Assembly: GCA_003151615.1 (NCBI GenBank)
Contig: PLXZ01000001.1
Location: 352,124-416,123 of the forward strand
Direction: 5' to 3'
Length of the DNA stretch: 64,000 bases
DNA from: Candidatus Tayloriibacteriota bacterium
GTDB lineage: Bacteria > Patescibacteriota > Minisyncoccia > Phycocordibacterales > PALSA-1337
The notes under the pieces are model-generated. The model searched no databases and was not told the origin of the DNA. It saw only the letters and a list, made by a program, of their open reading frames with translations. Below, in pieces: positions 40,723 through 48,775 of the stretch. Positions within the stretch are counted from its first letter, which is position 1. Each line of letters begins with the position of its first letter. The position numbers and the translations under genes are program-made.

Positions 40723-40769
40723 CTCCCTAGTTGGTAAACTGTAGGTAACTTATCTTTCAAAAAAGGCCT
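40723..40769. repeat. ~47-bp imperfect direct repeat, copy 1 (core CTCCCTAGTTGGTAAACTGTAGGTAACT)
   Basis: Matches 41576-41622 with 26 of 28 identities in the core and identical spacing to a conserved AAAAAG(G/A)CCT tail. Confidence 0.7.
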
Positions 40770-40848
40770 GAAAATGCTAATATTTTAGGCACGTTATGGC
40801 TAACAAAAATCTCACAAACGAGAGGGTATTCAGAGTAGAAAACGACTT

Positions 40849-41544
40849 ATGAAACTACTATATAAATATATTGTATATACTCTTATTTTAATAGTTTCTT
40901 TTTTGAGTGCATGGTTATTACCTCTAGAGGCAACTATGAAAGGAATAGTTGCGTTCCCTGGAGTGGGTGTCTTATTTCTCGCTCTGTATCAATTATTACG
41001 AGATGGATGGCAACATGATAGAAATTTAAATCTTCAGTATAGACAACAAGATTTTATACTTTCTACTTCGTCACACATAGCAGATGTTGTTTACGACAGG
41101 CACGTCCTTTTCTGTGAGGAATATATTGATAGAGTTCAGAAAGGTAGGCAGGAATTATTAAGAGATGGTGCTTCACCAAAAGCATTGAGTATTGGTGGTG
41201 ATCTTGTAAGGATACGGCAAAAACATTCCGCATGGTTAACAGATAAAATTGAGAACAGCTTGAAACCCTTTGAGCAGGCCTTGATAAAAATTGGTGCTGA
41301 TGAACAACATCTCAGAACGACAGCGACGCAAGACATTGATGATAGAAAGAGAGATATTATCGATAAATTATATAGATCATTTGGGTTGGTATTGGGTCAC
41401 GAGAAACCCATGAATGACATGGAGGCAGAAATTCATATAGATAAAATAATTGATAAAATTAGAGACATTCTCGGGATAAAAACTATGACTGAGTTAAGAT
41501 CAGAGGCGATTTGTGTGACTCTTAATAGATTAAAAGGTCATTGA
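40849..41544 (+). CDS. Hypothetical membrane protein (2 N-terminal TM helices plus a cytoplasmic domain)
   Basis: 231 aa, very AT-rich, flanked by the two direct-repeat copies. Confidence 0.45.
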   Translation: MKLLYKYIVYTLILIVSFLSAWLLPLEATMKGIVAFPGVGVLFLALYQLLRDGWQHDRNLNLQYRQQDFILSTSSHIADVVYDRHVLFCEEYIDRVQKGRQELLRDGASPKALSIGGDLVRIRQKHSAWLTDKIENSLKPFEQALIKIGADEQHLRTTATQDIDDRKRDIIDKLYRSFGLVLGHEKPMNDMEAEIHIDKIIDKIRDILGIKTMTELRSEAICVTLNRLKGH

Positions 41545-41575
41545 TTAGTGTTTATGGAATTTCGCTTGAATAGTC

Positions 41576-41622
41576 TCCCTAGTTGGTAAGCTGTTGGTAA
41601 CTCGACTACACAAAAAGACCTA
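41576..41622. repeat. ~47-bp imperfect direct repeat, copy 2
   Basis: See copy 1. Confidence 0.7.
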
Positions 41623-41736
41623 TCTAAGCTAGGGTACATGGACTGATAGCCAGAATTGAGCTATCATAACCAGTGACAATTTAATATGTTTTTATGGCCT
41701 AACCCTCTTGGTTTTCCAGGAGATATGGTCAAAATT

Positions 41737-41880
41737 CCCGCTAGAGATCAAAAGACTCCTCGTCAGAGTCACTCTAGCGGGTCGTAACTGGAAACGGTTA
41801 CGGGCAGGGCCGAAAGGTTCTGTCGCGATGGCGAGGAGCCTTTTGCTACTCGGTTCTCACCATTCTTAAACCCCGCTAGA
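41737..41880 (+). promoter_or_regulatory. Structured 5' leader with three copies of CCCGCTAGAG/CTCTAGCGGG allowing alternative pairings; the last copy abuts the start codon
   Basis: Direct at 41737-41746, reverse complement at 41773-41782, direct at 41871-41880. There is a nested GACTC/GAGTC hairpin, a CGTAAC/GTTACG hairpin (41785-41804) and a GAAA-tetraloop hairpin CAGGGCC-GAAA-GGTTCTG. Confidence 0.4.
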
Positions 41881-41884
41881 GTTT

Positions 41885-42856
41885 ATGAAAAAATATTTTC
41901 TTATATTCGCATTTATTGCGTTGACCCCATCGATCGCATCCGCCGCTTGGTGGAACCCGCTTTCGTGGGGTATTTTTTCTTCAATACTCCAGGATAGCTC
42001 TCCGAAACAGACCGAGGTTATCACCGCCCATCCGACGAACAATCTTATAGCAACTTCAACTGATCAATTTGCCACGACCACTACTCAGGCTAACATTAGT
42101 ATTTCCTCTACAACCAAAACATCACCTGTAGTTAATACGTCCAAGACGGATTCAAAGACTGTTAAATCTGTTGTTAAGAAACCTCAGCAGACTCAGCCTA
42201 CTGGTGATCTTTGTAATGGTACATATTGGAATGCTTGTCCAACGGGGCAAAAGATGATTTGTCCGCAAACTGGAAATGCTTACTGTCAGCTTCCAGTACA
42301 GCAACCACCGATTGTACCGGCTACTACAACGTTGACAACAACACCCATCGCTACGACTACAGTCGATAAAGGCACTCCTTACAAAGGCCAAGACGGTAAT
42401 TGGTATTACCCGAATGCATATGATGCGAATGGTAAAACCTTGCAGGTTATAGTACCTGATCCAAAAGTGATCGTTACTATCAATCCATCGAGTGTTGATT
42501 ATGGTGGTACAGCGACCCTCAGTTGGACAGCTAATGGAGCTACATCATGTACCCTAAATTCATCCCCAGTGCTACTTGCCCCGACAGGTTCACAGACGAC
42601 GGGAACTCTTTCAACCTCAACAACTTACACCGTCTCTTGTACGGATAAGGATGGAACGGCATCTAGTAGTGTTACGGTAAATGTTCCACAATCCTCTATC
42701 AATTACGCCGCCGCCGCGAAAGATTGTTATGTAGGTGGTGGGACATTATATTCTCAATTTCCTTGCCTTGATGAGAGAAATTATGCAGGCATATTGCCAT
42801 CAAACATATTCCCATATAGTTCTTCCCAGTTCGATGGCCTACCACCTCCTTTTTAA
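41885..42856 (+). CDS. Secreted Thr/Cys-rich protein, paralog 1
   Basis: Signal peptide ...PSIASA, then AAWWNPLSWGIFSS, followed by a Thr-rich low-complexity region and a Cys-containing C-terminal domain. Confidence 0.5.
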   Translation: MKKYFLIFAFIALTPSIASAAWWNPLSWGIFSSILQDSSPKQTEVITAHPTNNLIATSTDQFATTTTQANISISSTTKTSPVVNTSKTDSKTVKSVVKKPQQTQPTGDLCNGTYWNACPTGQKMICPQTGNAYCQLPVQQPPIVPATTTLTTTPIATTTVDKGTPYKGQDGNWYYPNAYDANGKTLQVIVPDPKVIVTINPSSVDYGGTATLSWTANGATSCTLNSSPVLLAPTGSQTTGTLSTSTTYTVSCTDKDGTASSSVTVNVPQSSINYAAAAKDCYVGGGTLYSQFPCLDERNYAGILPSNIFPYSSSQFDGLPPPF

Positions 42857-42883
42857 TTCCACACGGAAGGGGTAATTAAATAT

Positions 42884-43810
42884 ATGAATCAAAAAAATAA
42901 AATGAAAAAATATCTTATCGCACCCATAGCTCTAGCTTTCATTCCCTCAATTGCTTTCGCCGCTTGGTGGAACCCGCTTTCGTGGGGTATTTTCTCATCG
43001 CAAAGCTCTCTACCACCTGTACCAATAGCACAATTGGTAAATTCTACAAGTACATCGCAAAATGATTTTTTTATATCGACAACGACGGTCGCCAATGCGT
43101 CCTCAACTGCCGCAGTGGGAAGCACCACAAATCCTTCCGCTATAATTTATAAACATACGGTCAAAAAATATGTTCTGATACCTATTACCGCAGGCTCGTC
43201 TACGCAGATGGAGACTCCGCCAATTGCTACAACATCATTGACATCTACTGCTCCGTCGCCTTGCTTGCCAGACTATAAATATTCGGCAAATCTTGGCTGT
43301 ATTTCTGCCAATCTGCCCACTGGTTACGTTTCAAGTTCTAATGCCAATTCCTCTAATCAGCAGAACGAAATGCAAGCCGAAATAATGGCGAAAAATAACA
43401 TCAGTGCTTCTACAACAAGTCAGTTTAATTATGTAAATGGAGTGATGGTACCTACAGGAGAAAATACTGGGACACCAAACTATGCATCACAAAATCCTTG
43501 CGATTCAGCACCATTATTTAGTTCTTCGCCAAATTGCGTTCCAGCGAGTGCACAACAGCCGCAATACCCTTCCTGTTCAGATAATGATGGTGATCCTTGT
43601 GAACTTCCAGAAGGAAGTAATTCTTGTCCAAACGGATGGCAAATGACTACGTCAATATATGGTAGCACTTGTTCGCCGCAACCAACCAGTGAGGCGTGCC
43701 TATCAGATGTAGAAAAATGGAATGAATGGGATGGAGCTACTAACCAGCAATTACAAGACGAAGGTGAACGAGACTGTAATGGAACTACAGATGAGAATTA
43801 TTTTAATTAA
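42884..43810 (+). CDS. Secreted Ser/Thr/Cys-rich protein, paralog 2
   Basis: Signal peptide ...PSIAFA, then the identical AAWWNPLSWGIFSS. The C-terminus differs from paralog 1. Confidence 0.5.
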   Translation: MNQKNKMKKYLIAPIALAFIPSIAFAAWWNPLSWGIFSSQSSLPPVPIAQLVNSTSTSQNDFFISTTTVANASSTAAVGSTTNPSAIIYKHTVKKYVLIPITAGSSTQMETPPIATTSLTSTAPSPCLPDYKYSANLGCISANLPTGYVSSSNANSSNQQNEMQAEIMAKNNISASTTSQFNYVNGVMVPTGENTGTPNYASQNPCDSAPLFSSSPNCVPASAQQPQYPSCSDNDGDPCELPEGSNSCPNGWQMTTSIYGSTCSPQPTSEACLSDVEKWNEWDGATNQQLQDEGERDCNGTTDENYFN

Positions 43811-44894
43811 AATCATAAAAAAATATTTGATTGTCGGAATCGTCGCCATATTTTTTCCGATCACAGCGTCGGCGTCAACTGTGTCAACTACCGACCAACT
43901 CGAAGGTATTTTCTATATCTCTCCTGCTTACCTGACTGCGGGCATTAACGACCTTCAGACAAATGTGCCGTCGGGGGATATTGTTGCTCCGCAGACATAC
44001 AGTGTTGACTCCAACCTCGAAGCTACCGGCTCAGTCCCTGAACAAATCATGGAAATTACAAAATCGAAAGGCGTTAAAGTCATGCCTCTCATTACGAATG
44101 GCGATAATTTTAGTCAGTCGTTAATGAACGACTTGCTCGCATCGACAACGGCACAGAACAATGTCATTTCGTACCTCATATCCGAAGCGCAGAATAATGG
44201 CTACATCGGTTGGCAATTCGACTTTGAACATATGGAAGCTAGCGACAGCGAACCGTATACTGCTTTCGTGAAGAAAGCCGCCACGGTACTTCATCAGAAC
44301 AATCTCATTCTATCGGTCACAGCGGTGGCACGTACAGACGATGCTACGTCAACTCCATTTTACCAAAATTGGGCGGGCGCATATGACTATGCTCAATTGG
44401 CAAAGTATGCCGACTTCATCAGTTTAATGACTTACGACGATCCGAAAACAATCGGCCCGACCGCTTCAATCCCTTATGATACGAGTGTTCTGAATTATCT
44501 TTCGGATAAAGTACCGACGGATAAAATATCTCTCGGTATTCCGCTCTACTATTACGGCTGGGACATAACGGCGACTTCTAGTCAGATAGACTTGTTTTAC
44601 AACGTTCCATCTTCCGATTTCGGAGAAGTGATCAACTACGGCGGCACATATACCCGATGGCAATATGACCGAGAAAATTATGGTCTCAACGAACTATTTG
44701 ATTCCGGTCTCGGCTCGCCTTACTCGACCTACTATTTAAACGGTCATGAATATCAAATTTGGTACGACGACTCGACAAGCATGCAAATGAAGCTTGACAT
44801 GGCGCGATTGTTCCATTTACGTGGCTTTTCGGCATGGGCTTTGGGACAAGAATTTCCTGACGTGTGGGATGCTTTTGATAAAAATAATAAATAA
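43791..44894 (+). CDS. GH18-like glycoside hydrolase (chitinase/lysin-like), secreted
   Basis: Start chosen at MRIILIKIIKKYLIVGIVAIFFPITASA (signal peptide). GWQFDFEHME resembles the GH18 DxDxE catalytic strand with an incomplete motif. Confidence 0.4.
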   Translation: MRIILIKIIKKYLIVGIVAIFFPITASASTVSTTDQLEGIFYISPAYLTAGINDLQTNVPSGDIVAPQTYSVDSNLEATGSVPEQIMEITKSKGVKVMPLITNGDNFSQSLMNDLLASTTAQNNVISYLISEAQNNGYIGWQFDFEHMEASDSEPYTAFVKKAATVLHQNNLILSVTAVARTDDATSTPFYQNWAGAYDYAQLAKYADFISLMTYDDPKTIGPTASIPYDTSVLNYLSDKVPTDKISLGIPLYYYGWDITATSSQIDLFYNVPSSDFGEVINYGGTYTRWQYDRENYGLNELFDSGLGSPYSTYYLNGHEYQIWYDDSTSMQMKLDMARLFHLRGFSAWALGQEFPDVWDAFDKNNK

Positions 44895-44898
44895 AAAA

Positions 44899-45336
44899 AT
44901 GAAAAAAATAATCGGAAATGTCGAAGATATTTTATCGAGAAATCGGAAGATTCTTGAGTATAGAAAAACACATATGCAAAAGGAAACCGCTAAAAAATTT
45001 GTTCGTTCGGCTGAAAGAATTAGGCAAATAGAACATTTAAAAAAATGTAATATTCACGATATTCAATATTATGACAAGTGTCCTTCTTGCATAAATTCCG
45101 TAGAGTTAAAAAAATATGCAAAGTTTGTTGAAAATTTGGATCAGAAATCTTTGATGGAGGAAGTCTCTAAAGAAGCTGAGAACAGAAGAAGGGATTTTAT
45201 TTCTACACAAAAGAGAGTTTGTCTTATAAAAATCTTGAAAGAAAATTACGATTTCCCTTTAAAAGAAATCGCGAATTATCTCAAAAGAGATAGAACAACA
45301 GTACGTTATCTTGATAATATGTATTTAAAAAAATAA
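44899..45336 (+). CDS. Small HTH DNA-binding protein
   Basis: 145 aa starting at MKKIIGNV. C-terminal LKEIANYLKRDRTTVRYL is a classic helix-turn-helix. Confidence 0.45.
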   Translation: MKKIIGNVEDILSRNRKILEYRKTHMQKETAKKFVRSAERIRQIEHLKKCNIHDIQYYDKCPSCINSVELKKYAKFVENLDQKSLMEEVSKEAENRRRDFISTQKRVCLIKILKENYDFPLKEIANYLKRDRTTVRYLDNMYLKK

Positions 45337-45418
45337 CTTAAAAACAAAAAAAATATAGGGTTCGGGAGGTTTCTCTAGGGCATAGGATTTAAAAGATTTA
45401 ATTTGAATATATAAAATA

Positions 45419-46552
45419 ATGAAAAACAACATAATAAATACAGTATGTCCTAAATGTAAAAAATCAATATCAATATCAATTGATGAAGTTTTGACAGATC
45501 AAATTCAGGCAAAATTAAGTAAGGATTTTGAGGAGAAAGAAAAAAAGCTAAAGGACTTTCTTGAAAAATCAAACCAAATAATTCTTGCGAAAGAGGAGGA
45601 AAAACTTAAAAAGAAAATCAAAGAAGACGCAGAGAAAGAGGTTAAATCAGAAAAACGTTTTCTAGAGGAACAATTAAAGGAAAAAGATGAAAAGTTAACA
45701 ATGGCAAATAAAGAAAAAAAAGCTTTTGAACTTGAATCAGCTAGAAAAATGGATAAGATTCAAGAAGATGCTTCAAGAAAGGCTACCGAGGCTCAGCAGT
45801 CAATCATTGATCAATTGAATAAGAAACTTTCTGACGCTACAAAAGCGAAAGATGAGTTGGCAAGAAAATTGGAGCAAGGTTCTCAGCAGACACAGGGAGA
45901 AGTACAAGAAATTATCCTAGAGAAACTTCTCGGGAATGAATTTAAATTTGATGATATTTCACCTGTGCCAAAGGGTATAAATGGTGCTGACATAATACAG
46001 ACTGTTAAAAATAGGCATGGTATGGAGTGCGGAAAGATAATATGGGAATCAAAAAAGACAAAGTCGTGGACAAATGGGTGGATACAGAAACTAAAAGATG
46101 ATCAAAGGTCTATTAAGGCCGAAATGGCAGTTATTGTATCTTCAGTACTTCCTGAAGGGGTTGAGGGTGGAACCCTACGAGAGGGTGTGTGGATCTGTGA
46201 TATGAGATCGGTATTATCGATTGCTACGGCATTACGGTACACACTTGAGACAATTTCGAATCAAAAGAGAATGCTTGCTGGGAAAGATGACAAAAAAGAA
46301 ATTCTCTATAATTATCTTACAGGAACAGCTTTTACACACAAAATTCAGGCAATTGTGGAGACTTTCCTGCGCATGGAGAGTGATCTCGTCAAAGAGAAAG
46401 GCATGCAGGAAAAGATATGGGCTGAACGAGAGAAGGGTATTAAAAAAATCAAGTCAAATATAACTGCGATTGTTGTTGATCTCCATGAAAATGTTCCGTT
46501 GCAAAAGATTGATTTTCTAGAATTGCCAGATTCTTCTTCACGGGGAAAATAG
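45419..46552 (+). CDS. Zinc-ribbon / long coiled-coil protein with a C-terminal globular domain (DUF2130-like)
   Basis: 377 aa. N-terminal CPKCKK, then a ~150-aa KE-rich coiled coil, then a C-terminal domain (GEVQEIILEKLL...GADIIQ) reminiscent of a PD-(D/E)xK-like core. Family assignment is from memory. Confidence 0.45.
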   Translation: MKNNIINTVCPKCKKSISISIDEVLTDQIQAKLSKDFEEKEKKLKDFLEKSNQIILAKEEEKLKKKIKEDAEKEVKSEKRFLEEQLKEKDEKLTMANKEKKAFELESARKMDKIQEDASRKATEAQQSIIDQLNKKLSDATKAKDELARKLEQGSQQTQGEVQEIILEKLLGNEFKFDDISPVPKGINGADIIQTVKNRHGMECGKIIWESKKTKSWTNGWIQKLKDDQRSIKAEMAVIVSSVLPEGVEGGTLREGVWICDMRSVLSIATALRYTLETISNQKRMLAGKDDKKEILYNYLTGTAFTHKIQAIVETFLRMESDLVKEKGMQEKIWAEREKGIKKIKSNITAIVVDLHENVPLQKIDFLELPDSSSRGK

Positions 46553-46562
46553 TGGAACAAAA

Positions 46563-47024
46563 ATGAAAAAGAATAAAGACAAAGAAATAACCATCGCCGA
46601 TCTGATTCCGGATATGAAAAAAGATATCCGCGAAATACAAAAGGAGCAATCCGAAGTAAAATTTTATGACAGGCTTCTTGATGAAAATATCGATGATTTG
46701 TCCAAACTAATAGGCAGAAAACTCACCCGGGACGAAAAGAAGAAAGTTTTTCGGATCGTCGATCGCTATAGCCCGAAATACAGCGACGGAGACATCATAG
46801 ATTATTTCCCGTTCGATTTGGCTTGGAGGATATATAAAATCTTGAAGAAGAATGATTTCGACGAAGGGTGCCTTAAGAGCCGGTATTTGAGCGAGGATGT
46901 GTTTGAAATAGCAAAAGAGAATGATCTGAGCTTGGCGGAGGCCGAAGAGCTCCATGAGTTTATTGAAGAGAACGATTACAAGGACGCTTTTAAAGCCTAT
47001 GAGGCTTGGAAGTCGGAGCACTGA
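46563..47024 (+). CDS. Hypothetical acidic protein
   Basis: 153 aa with no recognisable motif. Confidence 0.35.
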   Translation: MKKNKDKEITIADLIPDMKKDIREIQKEQSEVKFYDRLLDENIDDLSKLIGRKLTRDEKKKVFRIVDRYSPKYSDGDIIDYFPFDLAWRIYKILKKNDFDEGCLKSRYLSEDVFEIAKENDLSLAEAEELHEFIEENDYKDAFKAYEAWKSEH

Positions 47025-47070
47025 GAAAAGACTCGAGTAAAGGTTACCCGATCTGAAGATGATATGCCTA

Positions 47071-48357
47071 TTATTCCTTCTCTTGATTTTTAGTCGGTGT
47101 CACCGGCCTGTTCCGGTAACTTTCTTTTGCTTCCGTCCACACCCTCATTATTTCTCCACTAGGCGGATGTTCTCGTCTCGATTCTGCAGGAATACGCCTC
47201 TGTTCGTCTGTCCATTTGCGGTACCATTCGGCGAGATGGGTTAGCATATATCGGTATTCCGCGATACTCGATATCATCTCCGATTCAATTTCCACATTGC
47301 CGTAATATCGCCGGTACGCCGCATCGTCTTCGACCGTAAAGCGTTTTCGCGGCTTGACGATGGGTACGGATATGACGAAAGGTTTCATGTGATCGACGAG
47401 GGGTTTCTGATACTCCACGTCTCTCTCTGGTCCGTAGCGGGAACGCAGTTCGTCAGATATTTCCACGTGACTGTCATCGTTATCCGTGCCGTTTTTGTTC
47501 CAGCCGAGAATTTTCAGCAAAAATTCCCGAGTCCAGACCCCGCGCGTGAAGTGACTTTTCATTTCTCTGATGCTGTCGAGATTGGGGAACCGTCCCGGCC
47601 ACATGATGCGCCGCTCGTCATCCAGGAGCGGGTACGTTCGGAATATGCCGGAAAGGTTTCCTTTGCGGATCTTTTCTTTCAGCCGCATGAGAAGCGAGTC
47701 GGGGCAGACAAGGTTACCGAGAACGATGATACGCGTTCCCTTGCTTCCGAGCGGCAATATCTCGCTCGTGAGTCTCTGCCATGCGTTGTTGCGGTTGACT
47801 TCGTCCTTGGCCGTCGAAGTGTCCTCGATGTCGTCGCAGACAATGAGGTCGGGACGGATTGTCCCATATTTGAGTCCGCGGATGCTCTGTTCGAGAGATA
47901 CCGACTGGATTTTCGATTCATGGTATTCCAATTCAAGCGACATCTTTTTCCACTCGGCCTCATGGTCGGTAAACGGCCCGAAGTCTGATCGCAGAAGAGC
48001 GTTTGAGATAAGCTCGTCCCTGATGCCCACGAAATGACTTTTGGCCTGATCCTGCGTCTGGCTTACGACGACCACGAACTTTTTCTGCGGCTTGCCCAAG
48101 ATCGACCAAAGGACATTGCCCATGTTCATGATGGTCGATTTACCCGACTCCCGAAAGGCCATGACGGCGATAAACTGACGCGATGAATCTTTCAGGATAT
48201 GACCCATCTCCCGATGAAACGGAGCAAGCGGATACGAAAGATGATGCCGCAGATATATGAGGCAGAACCATAACGGATCCTCGTATGCCAATTTTCTTCT
48301 CAAGACCGGATCATCGAGCGCCTGTTTCAATTTTTTGATATCGAATTCATTCGGCAT
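47071..48357 (-). CDS. Phage terminase large subunit-like ATPase
   Basis: Walker A AFRESGKST and Walker B LIVCDDIED. Preceded in transcription order by a small HTH TerS-like gene with overlapping stop/start. Confidence 0.5.
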   Translation of the reverse strand: MPNEFDIKKLKQALDDPVLRRKLAYEDPLWFCLIYLRHHLSYPLAPFHREMGHILKDSSRQFIAVMAFRESGKSTIMNMGNVLWSILGKPQKKFVVVVSQTQDQAKSHFVGIRDELISNALLRSDFGPFTDHEAEWKKMSLELEYHESKIQSVSLEQSIRGLKYGTIRPDLIVCDDIEDTSTAKDEVNRNNAWQRLTSEILPLGSKGTRIIVLGNLVCPDSLLMRLKEKIRKGNLSGIFRTYPLLDDERRIMWPGRFPNLDSIREMKSHFTRGVWTREFLLKILGWNKNGTDNDDSHVEISDELRSRYGPERDVEYQKPLVDHMKPFVISVPIVKPRKRFTVEDDAAYRRYYGNVEIESEMISSIAEYRYMLTHLAEWYRKWTDEQRRIPAESRREHPPSGEIMRVWTEAKESYRNRPVTPTKNQEKE

Positions 48358-48775
48358 GGTCTGGTGTGACTGATGTTCCTGGCGACGGTTCGAGGAATTC
48401 CTTGAAGAGCTTTTCTTCTTCCGGCGTAAGTTCCGCCGTATTTATGATCGGCTTCCGTACCGACTTGCCGCCGTAGCGCGGGTGGTTGTTCTTGAGCCAC
48501 ATGGCGATGGCAGGCATTTTCTTTTCCTTTATGAGGGTGATCAACTGCGACTCGCTCATATCACTCACGAATTCGATGCCTTGGTTGAGAGCGTCCTCGC
48601 TCTCTTTCCGGAACACCTTGTCATCACGTCGCCAACGGTAGTAGGTGTCCCGGGAGATGCTTGCACGTTTGCAAGCGGCTTCAATGATGGGCAGTTCCTT
48701 CAAGGTGGCGACAAGTTTGACTTTGAAATCGGCCTGACGTTCATCAATCGTTTGGTCGTAGGTGTTTTCAGCCAT
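48347..48775 (-). CDS. Terminase small subunit-like HTH protein
   Basis: 142 aa. ACKRASISRDTYYRWRRD HTH, located immediately upstream of the TerL-like gene. Confidence 0.45.
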   Translation of the reverse strand: MAENTYDQTIDERQADFKVKLVATLKELPIIEAACKRASISRDTYYRWRRDDKVFRKESEDALNQGIEFVSDMSESQLITLIKEKKMPAIAMWLKNNHPRYGGKSVRKPIINTAELTPEEEKLFKEFLEPSPGTSVTPDHAE

